Shown here in pieces: positions 13,373-27,410 of a stretch of 64,000 bases of DNA. Every line of letters begins with the position of its first letter. Within the stretch, counting starts at the first letter, position 1. The translations under genes and the position numbers were made by a program. The notes under the pieces were generated by a model, which saw only the letters and a list, made by a program, of their open reading frames with translations, was not told where the DNA came from and did not search any database. This DNA is from Eledone cirrhosa (Eukaryota): the NCBI GenBank assembly GCA_964016885.1, contig OZ024740.1, forward strand, positions 310,496,001 to 310,560,000, given 5' to 3'.

Positions 13373-13543
13373 TATATATATATATATATATATATATAAA
13401 GAAAAAGAGATGAAATCGAAAATGCAACTGGAGTCTTGTTTTTTTTTTAAATATATATATTTATTTGGTTCCTTTACCGGTTTCGTAGTTCTTCTGCTTT
13501 TCAAAAGGTGAGTTGAGATGGAGGGTCTGTGGTTTTTCTCACA

Positions 13544-13589
<46 letters not shown>

Positions 13590-13593
<4 letters not shown>

Positions 13594-13897
13594 AAGTTTG
13601 CTTGAAGCATTGTGGAACAATAAGTAAATATTTATAAGTCGTTTGGAAGCCTCGACAATGCAAATGGGTAAATCTCCGGGTAACAGGGTCCGGTGTAGGA
13701 GAGAGAGAGATATGTAAGTGGGTGTACGTTGAGATGCGTGGTGTGTATAAGATGTGTGAGATGTGTAGAATGAAGGGAAGAGTGAAAGGGTAAAAATAAT
13801 AATAACAACACAAGAGAGAGAGAGTTACCTTGGGAGAGATTTAATAGTCCCTATATATTTCGGATTCACATCCATCAACTGGGGTTTTTTCCGGGGT
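13590..13897 (-). mobile_element. TA-flanked PLE pLTR remnant with decayed HHR (13849-13884)
   Basis: Minus strand: CCC-CAGTTGAT-GGAT GTGA ATCC-GAAAT AT ATA-GGG; related decayed copy at about 11820-12010. Confidence 0.55.
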
Positions 13898-14124
13898 ATA
13901 TATGTGTATATATATATATATGAATAAACACACGCTCGCCTCCTTCAGTTGACACTGTATTAAACGTGAAATGTTCTTTTGAAGTACTGGGCTGAATATT
14001 CTTGATACAAAATTGATTCTCTCTATTTCTCTATTTAAACGAAACGGGCGCAAACCGGCCAGCCGACCGACGCTCGAACGTCGAGTCCGACGCCAACGCT
14101 ACAGCCCCGTACCGGTTGACTGCT

Positions 14125-14310
14125 TTTGACAGTATCGGTTAGAGGGTCGGACACCATGCTTTGCAGCGAACAGTTACGGCCCTGTATGGTCTGAGTTCAA
14201 ATCCCGCCGAGGTTAACTTTGCTTTTCATCCTTACGGGGTCGATAAAATAAAGTACCAGTAATACACTTGGATAATTATTGGCCTTGTGCCAAAAGTAGA
14301 AACAATTATA
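14125..14310 (+). mobile_element. tRNA-derived SINE
   Basis: Dominant-family motifs. Confidence 0.88.
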
Positions 14311-14381
14311 TATATAAATACATATATATATATATATACATATATATATTTATACACACATATACACCACACACACACATA

Positions 14382-14441
<60 letters not shown>

Positions 14442-14470
14442 GCTGTATTTCCATGTATATATATATAAAA

Positions 14471-14580
<110 letters not shown>

Positions 14581-17500
14581 CATAAGATTTTTTTTTTCTG
14601 TTAGTATGTTTGTGTTTGTGTATGCAAATATATGTATTAATGAAATATTTGTATGGATGAGATGAAATGAAAAGAGACTAGTTTTATAAGCTCTTGTTGA
14701 CCTTTGATGCGTATATTTCTTTTCAGATTAAATTGGAATACATCAATAGAATTAATGAGTTAATCGTAAGATATCGGAATGGAAATTATATTTAGTCAGT
14801 TGCTATAGCAACTTTATATGTAAAATCCTTTTGCAATCATTTGAAATACATTGAACCGTACACAAAGAGAGGAAAAACAAAGTGCATTGGAATGTTGCAT
14901 GTTTCATTTCATTAATTGTTAATTGTTTTCACTATTAAGTGATTTTTCCTTTCTTTTGTTCCATATATGTTATCGCATTCATGGAATCATTAATTTATGT
15001 ATACACAATTTTATTTATTCTATAACAGCGTTCCCAAATCTATTCCGTCACTATTTCAAATAAATACTGTTTTAGTTAAATTGTAAGATATTGTCAGTAT
15101 TTTAGTTATCGTCAGGGAAACTGAGAAAATTAAATCCATTTCATCCAACGACAGCAGGATTGATGGTTAGTCAATGTATGCTTTCAAATAGTTAATTGTC
15201 ATTCCTATCTAAACCCACCGCATTTACAAACTTCCTGTGATTTTATTATCGTTTTACTGGCAATTTCACGTAGCATCCTTTATTTGATATTTCTTCCTTT
15301 CATGTCCACCCATAACTAGTGAATTAACATTAACCAACGCATTGAAAACCCGAAATACTTAATCCACCCATAGTATATTCTTTCATTGTATTGTCTTGAT
15401 TCCTTTTCCTTTCAATTTCACCGCAAGGAAATAGCCAGGGATCTTATTTCCTTAACCGGAACAACAGCTTATTTTATCTTCTTTGCTTCTGTTTTATTCT
15501 AAACGTCAATATGTATTCAAATTCTATTTTCCCTTCTAGTTACTTTATAAATGTTATTTATTTATTGTTTACTAGTACTTCTACTCAATCCTCATCTTTT
15601 CCCTCCTCTTTATATTTTCATACTCTTTAATTGTTTTCCTTAAACCACTATATGTGTATCTATTCTATTCTTCTCTCGCTCTCTTGATCTCTCACAGGTT
15701 CTAACTAACTTTCCCTAAGGTTAGCGCAACAAACCGATGCAAAATGGGAGTGAGGTTCACTTTGTTGCAAGTGTTAGCTACAAATCAAGAGCCGAGGTAA
15801 TATTTTCAATATTACTTTCCAGATTTTGACACATTGTTTTTCAGAACCTACAAGGGAAATGAACTTCTAATCAGAGATCTACTAAAATGTCTGTCAAGCC
15901 AAGGCGGTAACACCACAGGAAATACCTCAATCTTGTAGCGCATAAGCGGACATGATTTTCTTCACATATTCTGAAAAGTGTATCAGTTACAACTGATTTG
16001 CATATGCATTATTTGCAGGAACATACGTAGCTTTCACAAACAATCCATAGGTATTTGAGCGTTACTTCACCATGTCAGCTCCAAATAGGTACATAGCCAT
16101 ATAAATGGTAAGTACTCTGAGTGTATTCAGTATTTTGCAGATTCAATCCCGCTTGGGTTTTTCTCAAAAATTTATACTAAAATAGATGAGCTGCTATTTG
16201 GAAGCTAGAAATAGCAGCTAAGTTTACATTGAAGTACGCGCCAACGTATATAATAAAGAACATACACTCTAGAACTTGCAAATTTTACTGAGTGGTCAGA
16301 GTTCGAATGATGCTCCAAAACGATAGCCACAAAGTGTTCGATCAGTCTACTAGAAATATAATCTAAATTACATTGTATCATATGCTGTCGTCTTGAAAAA
16401 GACATATTTTATAATGCATCCTCAACAGAAAAATATATTGATGAGCAGGGTTGTAGAACATTTGATCATACGATTATTCAATATTGGACGACATGAAATT
16501 AAGCATACATTTCCTATGACATATTAATCCATAATCCTCTATTTATAGCCCACATTTGTCGACTAGGTAATCAATATAAGCGAACTTTTGTCTGAAATAT
16601 GATGAAGAATTCACGTCCGCTGGAATTTGAATATTTTCCCCTGGTTTCCGCACAGACATTTTCAGTTATGTTTACTGAAAATGAATAGACTACAGGATGA
16701 GCTGTTACCGCGCCTTCAAAAGGCGACATGTTACACGTCGTGCGTTCAGGATATCTATTTCAATTCACGTTTGTCTGAATAAGTACCATTGTGATTTCTG
16801 TCCTTGCTAAAGTAAGGGACATAACAGTTGTATCCCTTACTTTAGCAAGGACAGAATTGGCCCATATCAATGTGGTAAAAAAATTAGCAAGCAGGAGTTT
16901 TAAAGAAGAAAAAATTAAACTAATAACAAATGTCTTGCGGATCCAAAACAGAGAAAGCAAGGCTTGCTAACATCAATTCTTTATGCATGTTGTAAAGATC
17001 CTTTATATATATATATATATATATACCAGGTGCCCTTTTCAAACCCTTTTTTATAATTTTCCTTGTATAACATGAACTGTATAGAACATTTTCCAAAGTC
17101 CACACTATTATTTCACAATATATAATAATCTAAATTACATTGAATCATATGCTGTCGTCTTGAAAAAGACATATTTTTTAATATCATGATTGATAAAGAT
17201 ATATTTTATTCTGATGTTCGGAATATCTGTACATAGAATTACATCTGTTGTGACTGAAACAAATCTATTATTAATTTCAAGAGTTTAATCCTATTATGCC
17301 TGGGTGTGCAAAACTTTTGAATGGAGCAGATTTTCTTTGAAGTTTGGTGAATTTTCTTAAACTTTAACCTCGTATCTGATCCCATTACTGATTTTGAAAG
17401 ACTTGTTGTCATGGAAACGGCAGGATTTAAACAGTGGTTATAAAATTGCGATATTCTTTTTACTTGTTGCAACATTTGATTATATAGCAGTGCCCGAGCA

Positions 17501-17700
17501 TGGCTTCAAGCTGTTGACTGGAACGCTAATAAAGTAATAGAGCCTTTGTACCCAAAACAACATCACCAATCTAATGTATGAGTTTTGAGTTGCATGACAA
17601 CGGTTGCTCCAGCAACCATTTCATTTCCATAGCAACCATGTGGATACCATTGCAAACGTTTTCTATCCATTTTGTAAAATGTTTGACATTGCATTATTAG

Positions 17701-18078
17701 TGGATTGGCAGTATCGGTAGAGGGCCGGATGCCATGCTTTGCAGCAAAGAGTTACGGCCCTTCATAATCTGAGTTCAAATCCCACCGAGGTTAACTTTGC
17801 CTTTCAACCTTACGGAGTCGATAAAATAAAGTACCAGTAATACACTGGGATATTTGCTGGCCTTGCGCCAAAAGTAGAAACAATTATTGGATTGGCAGTA
17901 TCGGTAGCGGGTCGGACGCCATGATTTGCAGCATAGAGTTACGGCCCTTTACTGGCTGAGTTCAGATCCCGCCGAAGTTAACTTTACCTTTTATCCTTAC
18001 GGGGTTGATAAGATAAAGCACCAGTAATGCACTAGGATAATTGCTGGCCTTGTTCCAAAAGTGGATACAATTATTATT
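17701..18078 (+). mobile_element. Head-to-tail SINE dimer
   Basis: Copies at 17701-17888 and 17889-18078, joined at an ATT tail. Confidence 0.9.
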
Positions 18079-18579
18079 GTTTTATTTAGTTGCAAACTTG
18101 CCAAAGAGAAGGTACATCACAGTGCCTATCGGTAGAATATAGATACTGCCTTCATCGCTGAAAATTTGCTGAACATAACCGTAGTAGAAAAAAACATTAT
18201 AAAAGTATTACATTTTAACACATCTGGGTAGAAATGATGACGCCAGCAATAGTTTTCTAATGTAGAAATGTATTCACATCGATTGTATATACATGTGCTA
18301 ACTCTCAGTGCCATAGCATTAGTGTTTCTGGAATAAATGATTGCGGATCTGTCATACTCCACCCCAGGCTTCCAGAGTCCCTAAGCGCCCCAGGATGTAT
18401 AGGGTTAAATGAATATCAGTATTATATTAAGCCATACATAAAGTCTTTCAAATTGAATGAATATAATATTTGCGTTTGTTTAACGAAAATAAAGACTTTA
18501 ATTTTTTAAAATATTGTTTTCTTTCTAAATATTACAATCGTATGTTACAATATGGTTTGTGCCTATGTGATTAAGAATC

Positions 18580-19598
18580 GGTCAGGTAGGCGGCCTAGAC
18601 CTCCGGTCCCCGATCTAACTAGCTTTGCCGGTGTATCTTTCGTCGGTAACCTCGTGCCGCGTCCTCGTCAGCAGGGTTCTTCAAAACACAACAGAACCCT
18701 CTGTGTTCAGAGAACGTGAGGCCGCCTGTGAGATGTGGGACCGGCTGGGACTTAGCCCAGTAGACGTCCCTCCTCCTTCTCCCCCTGTTGACGTCAAGTC
18801 CCCCCAACACACTTGGGATGCGATCCAGTGCAGCCTGGCCTCAGACAGGCTCACGCGCCAGCTCGACCAGCACCGCCTTGCTTGTTTTCATGCGGCCTCC
18901 AAATCCCACAGTGGTGCCTGGCTCCATGCTCTACCCTCCTTCTCCACTGGCACGCAGCTAGACTACCATAGCCTGCGAATCGGCGTTTCCCTGAGGCTCG
19001 GCCTCCGGATCTGCCAGCCACACCAATGTCATTGCGGTTACACCGTGAACTCTTTCGGCCTCCACCCGCTTTCCTGTCGCCACAGTGCCGGCCGTATTCC
19101 ACGCCATACTGCCCTCAACGAGGTCATTAAGCATGGCTTGGACGCTGCAGGCTTCCCTTCCCAGCTCGAGCCGGTGGGGCTGGATCGAGGGGACGCAAAA
19201 GGCCAGATGGCATGACCATCTTGCCGTTCCGCGGTGGCAAACCCCTCGTCTGGGATGCCACCTGCACCAACACTTTCTGTAGCCGCAACCTGGTGCAGTC
19301 TGCAACTGACCCAGGTTCTGCTGCACGTCAGGCTGAGGGGGCCAAACTCCTCAAATACCGGTCGCTCTCCGACAGGTTTGCGGTCGTTCCCCTGGCAGTG
19401 GAAACTTCTGGTGTACTCGGCCCCAGAGCTACCTCCTTATTCACCACCATAGGCGCTGAGCTGGCCAGCCGTAGGTGTGAGCCCCGCGAGTTGGAGTGGC
19501 TTTTCCAGCGCGTCTCCCTTGCCGTCTTCCGGGGAAACGCCTTCTCCATTCTATCCGCCGGGGTTGTGGATGGGCCCCATCGCGTACCATTACATTAG
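18580..19598 (+). mobile_element. CRE-clade non-LTR retrotransposon, 5'-truncated (zinc finger plus restriction-like endonuclease)
   Basis: SGAWLHALP...LRLG...CHCG...GLHPLSC...RHTALNEVI...RPDG...LVWDATC...KY...PLAVETSG...QRVSLAVFRGNA; one frameshift at about 19196; GC-rich. Confidence 0.9.
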
Positions 19599-21399
19599 TT
19601 AAATACCATTCTTTCATCTCATACATATATATACTGTCTAGTATGTAAGACTCTAATGTCATGTCAACCTTTCAAGCCAATCCCATGTCCAGCCACATGT
19701 AGCCATTTTTGAAAGTGACTATCACCACAACAGATTGCTACCACACCTATCCCCTATCACAAAATGTATATAGTATGAGATTGTTTCATTTTTTATGTTC
19801 AACATAGATACAATCGATTTGAAAATTCATAAATACACTGAACACACAAGTATCCTACATAATATATGAAACCCTTCTTTTCAATTCTCCTTAACAACTC
19901 AGTTTAAAAACTTGCGCAATCTCTCAAAGTATCCTTCATATTAAATAGACCATCACTAATATCAGTCTCCTCGAATCAATTAGTTCCTTCTTCATCTCTC
20001 CGTCTTTAACATAACTCGAATAAATCATGACCTAAATATACAATCACTTCATTGGAAATAAAATATTAATGTTGCTGCTCAACACAGTGAATTATTCATG
20101 ATCATTCACACAGAAATTGTAACTAATTCTCAAGTGATATTCCTCTGAAAAGACGTATATTTCGTGATAGTGTACAGTCTATGATTTGACTTTATTAACA
20201 TATTTGATCAAACAAAGCATATCACATGGAATTCATGAAGTAACTCGCAGCATAATTGTAGCAGTCCTAAGTATAAAATCGAAATTTCTATTGGGAAGTA
20301 ATAATTATCGAATCTCTGATATAGATCAAATAGGCTTTGCTGTGTTATATAACATCTCGCAGAAAAAATTATAATAACAATGCCTGTACGACTGATTCTG
20401 AGTGAAATCATTCCTCCAGACAGTTATAAGGCTAGTAAAATATGATTTTGCTATAAACTAGAAGAGATTATTTCTGGAAGACTTTCCGGATATAAATCTC
20501 TTAATGACCGTCTGCAATGAATATTAAACGTCTTTATATAACAAGCATTTCAGGTTATATGGCATAAATATTGACGTTAAATACTGAATATCTACGTGCT
20601 CTAAATATATACAAAAAGTATATATTATTATATATACACGTAAGCATAAAATTCTCTGAAATCCCCGTTGTTTCCTTAATGATTTTCAGATTTAAATACT
20701 TTGATTTTGTTTTCTTTAAACAATGAGTGTTTCTCGCAGAAAGAACGGTGAATAATATCCAATTTTCAAACTGGTATATTTCAAGTGCGTCAACACTTAT
20801 TATCTACTATTCTGGCTGCAAATAGTTGATGATGATATAATAGAAATGTGAGACACAGAAACCAAATCCCATTGTAATGTTTCTTCGATCCGATTTCTCT
20901 GGTTTAACGTGGCTGAAAATCGTTAAAAGATATTTCCAGATAACGTTCAATCTATGTATATTCACTGGTTAGAAAAAAGATAATGGGGTATTTTTACTAA
21001 CTGTAGAATTTAAGACAATAGGCCTATATGATAATGCGGAGATAACAACAAACGATTCGTCCGTATTTACATATCGATGCGCGTCGAAATCTTTATGTGA
21101 TGATAAGTAAATTATCACGACAAATGTTTAATGAGATCAGTTGTCACTAATCCTGATCTTCAATGTTTCATCTGTGATAGTATAAGTGAGTATGTAGGCT
21201 CTTAAGTGGACAGAGATGTTTATTTGTTGAAAATCTGAACATGAATTCAATGCTATTCTTCCACTCACACTATAAACAGAAACTATAGATAGTATGAGAC
21301 AATGAATAACTTTACCTGGTTTCTTTTATTTATGACAGATATACACACCCCCGTCCATCCATACATATATATACATACAATCATAATACATACACTATA

Positions 21400-24300
21400 A
21401 ATCGTACTTTTCTTGGAGATACGAACTTAATAACGACATAATTGTTATAAAATGGCAAATAAAGATCCATCTGTCGCCTATATGAACAGAATGAAACTAT
21501 ATTGTGACAGAATTAAATCACTTAACAGTTAAGCAATTACACCAACGATTGAACGTTAAAATAACATAAACATTTTTCAAAACACTAATGAAACTGTGAA
21601 ACCTCTACAAATAACAACACTAAATCAGCAGTTTTCCAAACCAAACTTGCAAACACATGCACCAGGCCGCCTTGTTAGTAGGCGTTCTAGTAGTCAGGCC
21701 GACCCTCAACAAACAACAGCAATACACAATCAGTCTCTTGAAACAGATATGTCGGTGAAGAATTTGACACCACATATATAAAATATTTTTACTTCGACTG
21801 TTATTGTATTTCGCAAACACGTTGATCATCACCATCCATCAACATATTGTGAATAATACTCCGTCTGCCATTATCTCGGAAGCTCAAGAGTATAAACAGT
21901 TCAAATATACCCTTAATGAAACTTTCCAGAGGGAAATGAATTCATGTATAAATGTTTCTCTTGCAGAAGGGCATAAAATAACAATGATAAAAAAAAAAAA
22001 AATGAAAATGAAATCATGCGTGCTATTGGCGATATTGGAAGTGAATATTTAAGTCACATTAAAGCCCCCACATTTTCACAAATCAACTTCTGCCTATATG
22101 CACTAGTCATGACAGGGAAACACTATCTTTCTGATAATAGAGATATTAACAGAAACGAAACACATAAAATGTCATCATATATTACAAAAATAGAAAAAAG
22201 ATGTTTGCCCTAGGGAAAACTATAGGATATACGACAATGTTCTCCATACGCAAACAAAAATATACACTTCTCACCACTAAAGAGCGGAAAATGGCATAGA
22301 AATGATGTTTCTAGACAATACCAGCAGAACACTTCAATATAAGTTGATCATCCTGAAACAGATGAGGGTAGTCAAAAGAAAAATAATTAATAAAACATTC
22401 AGCTGAAACAAAACATCAGTCTATAGTGATTTGTGGGGAAAATCAGTAAATGTCACAACGGCACCACCTGAGGAAGACAGATTTCTTCTGGAGAAAGATA
22501 TGGAGTGAGAAAAAGAAATTCAACCAAGATGCTGAGTGATCGAAAGAGATCCAAACGAACTATTTCCCCTGTATTACAACAGAAACATACAGCATCTATG
22601 ATGATATTCTTGAGACTGTGATAGGAAAACTCTAAGATCAGAAAGCATCAGGAAGAGACCTGATTGTCGGTTAGTGGTACAAACAACTGATATTCTCTCC
22701 CATTTATCTCATCAACCTCAACGAGAAAGCTCTCAAAGAATATGCACAGGGTGGTTGTCATTAACAGAAACACAATTAGGCCCCCAAAACAAAGACACGC
22801 ACTTGGCAAAAAATACCCACCCATTGCATGCCAGAACATAAAGTATAGAATGTATATAGCCTTCATAAACCTATTTCTCAATGACCACTATGACGATAAT
22901 AATATCATCAGAGATGATTAAGCAGCTGAGAAGAAAGGCGTTGGGTGGGCTCTGCAACACCTAATAAACAAAACCATAATGTCAGTTTCAGTGACATAAG
23001 GGGATAATGGGTTTATTACGGCTGGACTACGTGAAAGCATTCGATTCTGTTCCCCACTCTTATGTGATAGAGGCTCTCCATCTTGCAAACCTCCCGGGCA
23101 CCATTATTAGAGCCATAGAGAACCTATCTTCTTCTTGGGCTACTAACCAAAAGTTGAATACAGAGAAGGAGGACTCTATTTGCACTAATAATATGGATTA
23201 TCGCAGGAGTATATTTCATGGAGACAGTATCTCTCTGTTACTACTTATATTGTCATTAAACCCCGTATCCTTTCTGCTGAAGAAATATGAAAGAGGTAAT
23301 ATTTTTATTATATTTTTCCTGTTGCAAACCATAAAACTTTAAGCTGAGAACATAAATAGGATGACGAAGAACCTTTATCAGGTTACGACGTTCTCAAAGG
23401 ATATACGAATAGCGTTTGGCCAGTATAAGTCTAGAAACATTTCTATCAATGGCCTTACTGTTTCTCCGATATCCCAGCAGGAAGGATCTAGATATTAAGT
23501 TATATATCCCATGATGGTATTTGTAACAAGGAGCACGTAACCAGGGAATATAACACCCAAATAAAAAATATATGGTCTTCCGTACTCTCTGAGTACATTA
23601 AATCCTCAACACAATGTGTTTGTTGTGTCTCTTGTGACACAAACATTTGGAGTACTTGATTAGCTACTCAAAATCCGTATCAGATTAAGAGTCGTAAAAA
23701 ACACCGGAAAGTTCCACATTAAGCATGACAGAAACCGTAAACAAGGAGGCAGAAGCTTAACAACATAGACAGGATTTGAGTGCTGCATCATATCTCTCCG
23801 ACAACATCTACGAACCACCAAGCGTAGGGGCGCATTTATTGAATAAATCTGTCTACATGAGACAGATAATATCATGAGAGATGGGTAGGAGCTCCATGAG
23901 AACTACTCCCTGAATGATAACCAATAATTCACAACCAGAGAAATTGCAGAGTTATGATTCAATGAATGCATGAATTAAAAGCTACATGCGTATTAACAAA
24001 ATCATGTATGGCTATGTTCCCAGAAAGCTTCATAGTTAGAGATAAGCAAAGCAGTCTATATTGAAACAATAACCGTTATATTGACTGAATGTGAAGGATA
24101 TGCATTTGCAATACAAGAATAGGAAATAACTTCAACAAACCTGATTCACAAAAGAGACAGGGATGCAAGCATAATAACTAGATATGACAGCAGATGCAAA
24201 CTCTGCGGAATTAATATCGAAGATGTCATCCATATTATAAACAGCTGTCCAAAGATGTCAAAATGGTATTATCTACCTTTGAGGCATGATGTAATAGCCA

Positions 24301-24950
24301 AAGCACTATACAATGCAATCTGTAGAAAGTATAGCACCGAAAATAAACATAAAATGTCACAGCAATAGAGGACGCATACATACGTAATATGGAAGTGATA
24401 TTGTTGGAATGTTCCAGTCAAAGCTCCGATAAAATGCAAACACAACAAACCAAGCATATTGGGCAGAGAAACTAAGGCACCCGCAGTAGTAGAAGTCACC
24501 TGCCCAACATATGTCAATATGAAGTGAAAAGATAAACAGTTATGCTGAAATATTGATGAATCTGTTGATACTTCACCCTTACTATACCTTTAGATTTTTA
24601 CCTGTAGTCCTTGGGGTTCTTGTGTACTAACTGCATTAGTAGAAATCTTGAAAGGCTGGGCATCACAGAACGAGAAAGCACGCGTCTAGTTAGGAAGTTG
24701 CAAGAACAGTCTATTACTAGAACAGTAATAATATGCAAAACATTCCAGAAAATTAGCATGTATAAACACAGATGCATATTCATGTATGCAGGTATAACTC
24801 AGAACATGCAGATCCACACATACAATAGCATCCATACATGCATATACACATCACACACATAAAAGCATACTGACATATTTACGTATTTACCTAGTTGATG
24901 TCTAAAGTAAAATGAGTCATGTGCCTATGCACAATAAAACCTAAAGAACA
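21400..24950 (+). mobile_element. Decayed R4/Dong-like RLE LINE, near full length
   Basis: DYVKAFDSVPH, IFHGDSISLLL, CKLCG...EDVIHIINSCP...LRHDVIAK, HNKP, VEVTCP; many stops; bounded by (TACA)-type repeats. Confidence 0.85.
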
Positions 24951-24955
24951 TACAT

Positions 24956-24986
<31 letters not shown>

Positions 24987-25929
24987 TACACACAGTGGCG
25001 GACTGGGTCTGAAAATATTTGTTGCCAGGAGATTAAAAGTGCCCTCCTACATATAGAAGGCTATATTTTTGTAACTGTCTCGGCTGCCTAGTTGGAGGAA
25101 TCATAGACGCTGGTTAACTTCGTCTGAAGTTCGTTCATGGTCAGGGTATGGTTCCCGGTAAACCTTTTCAGTTTTTTTCTATGGAATATAAAATAAAAAC
25201 TGAGAAAGATTACATGTACTTCTTGACCAGGATTCAACCCCAAGCCAGAATCTCCACCGCCTCTAGTACCTACCGCTAGTCCACTAAAGAAACTACGAAA
25301 TTCTTATGAAATTCATACTTATAAACCTACTTTCAATGTTTTCTAAACAAAATCATGTGGTGTTGTTCATGTTTTTCTTCATGTTATTGCTCCTACTTAA
25401 GGTTGACTTCTAAATCAATTGGGTGTTCCATAAAGTACATCCTCGTTTTGTTTCTCATCTATCTAGACCAAAGGTTCTCAACGGGGGGCATATGCACCCC
25501 CAGGGGGCGTTTTGGAACTCCAGCGGGGCGTTTGGGAGCAAGGGGGCATTAGGGGGGCGTTTGGAGCTTTGGAGTGCACTGGAAGGCTCTTTACTTTGGT
25601 AAGTTTTATAAGCCATATTTGTATGTCTTTGAGACAGCCAGTGTGAATGCATTTGAATGAGCATGCAGACAGCATAACTATAGTATGGCCGCAGCTGTGA
25701 GCAGGTGTGCAGGCGTGTTTAGACATTACCCGGCAATTGAGATCCTAACAATGGAAAAACCCACAGTCAACAGCCAGTTAGAATCTTGTCTTTCCTTCAC
25801 CGATAACAATGTATTTCATGTCTGAAATTATTGACTCAACCGTAACGAGTTAACACTATGTAGATCTATTTTATTTCCTATTGTATAAATAATATTACAA
25901 ATAAAAAAAATTTAAAAAAATCCCAGAAG

Positions 25930-26325
25930 CGGGTAGCACACACATCTAGGACCCCATACAACACATAATCAGATAATACACACATCTAGGACCACATACA
26001 ACACATAAGCAGGTAATACACACATCTAGGACCACATGCAACACCTAAGGAGGTAGCACACACATCTAAGACCACATACAACACACAGGCAAGTAATACA
26101 TACATTTAGGACCACATACAACACATAAGCAGGTAATACAAACATCTAGGACCACATACAACACATAATCAGGTAATACAAACATCTAGGACCTCATACA
26201 ACACATAATCAGGTAATACATACATCTAGGACCACATGCAATACATAACAGGTAATACATACATCTAGGACTACCTACAACACACAGGCAGGTAATACGT
26301 ACATCTAGGACCAAATACAACACAC
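25930..26325 (+). repeat. About 40-bp minisatellite, about 10 copies
   Basis: Unit approximately AGGTAATACACACATCTAGGACCACATACAACACATAAGC. Confidence 0.93.
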
Positions 26326-26327
26326 TT

Positions 26328-27410
26328 TGTATCATGTGCTACGGACGACGCAAGAGCAATGGTCGGCCAACATAAGGGTTTCGTCACTCTTTTGAAGAGA
26401 AACAATCTATATGTATTTGTTGTTCATTGTGTCATTTATCGACAACACTTGGCTGTGAAGAAACTCAGCAAGCCACTGAGCAAGTTCTTGCAGGTAGCCC
26501 CTAATGTCATCAATTTTATCAAACGGCATTCCCTCAATGAACGAATTTTCCGGCAACTGTGCCAAGATAATGACGAAGAATTCGTCAAGTTGCTCCTTCA
26601 TAATGAAGTGGGGTGGCTTTCAAAGGGCAAGTGCCTTACTCACTTCTTTGAACTGTTCGACTCTATCATTGAGTTTGTGCAAGGACGCAACACAGAACTG
26701 TACAAGAAAACCCTCGATATGAGGCTAAACTGCGCCTACCTCACCGACATCGTTGACAAATGCATTAGCGTTATTTTGGCTTTGCAGGGGAAGAAGATCA
26801 CCTTGCTTAAACAAGGAATGCTGTGAAAACATTCCTGGCCAAATTGAATGTCATCGAAAGGAATCTTTGTTGATGGGAATTCTATAATTTTCCTAGTGTC
26901 GCCAATGTTCAAAACATTGTGAGTGATGACCAACTCCAAATGTATACCGCTCACCTTCTTGCGCTACAAGACAACATGAGAGAACGGTTTGTCAACCTTT
27001 TGCCGATGGACATCCCAATGTGGGTAGCAGATCCCTTCATAGCTAACGTCGATGATTTGGACGTTATATTTCAGGAAGAATTCATTGAACTTCAAGCAGA
27101 TGACATGATCAAAATTAGATTTCCCAAAATAGGTGAACCCCTTTTTTGGATGCAAGAGGAAATTCAGCGTCGATTTCCACACCTTCATGCAGAGACTAAG
27201 AGATTTGCTCTGCCTTTTCCAAGCTCATACTTAGTCAAGGGGAGGTTTGGCGCTGTTTCCAGACTGCACAGTAAGGCTCGCAACCGCTACAATGTAATTA
27301 CATGTGGAGATTTCCGGCTACATCTTACGAAAATCCAGCCTGACGTCAAAGAGTTAGCTACACTCCATGAAGTTCAAGGGTCCCATCGAAATGAGGTCAA
27401 AGTAAGTTGA
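26328..27410 (+). pseudogene. hAT transposase C-terminal part (ZBED8/SCAND3-like family)
   Basis: SCATDDARAM.G, HCVIYRQHLA, LLLHNEVGWLSKG, LPFPSSYLVKGRF, QGSH; frameshifted at about 26820-26880. Confidence 0.9.

Noticed and set aside
16360-17180. About 55-bp direct repeat (16360 and 17127)
   Set aside because: Real, but no element boundaries or function could be assigned.
18380-18408. piggyBac-like end AGGG|TTAA
   Set aside because: No matching opposite terminus found.
25930-26325. CRISPR-like regular array
   Set aside because: No unique spacers, eukaryotic context and no cas genes; it is a minisatellite.
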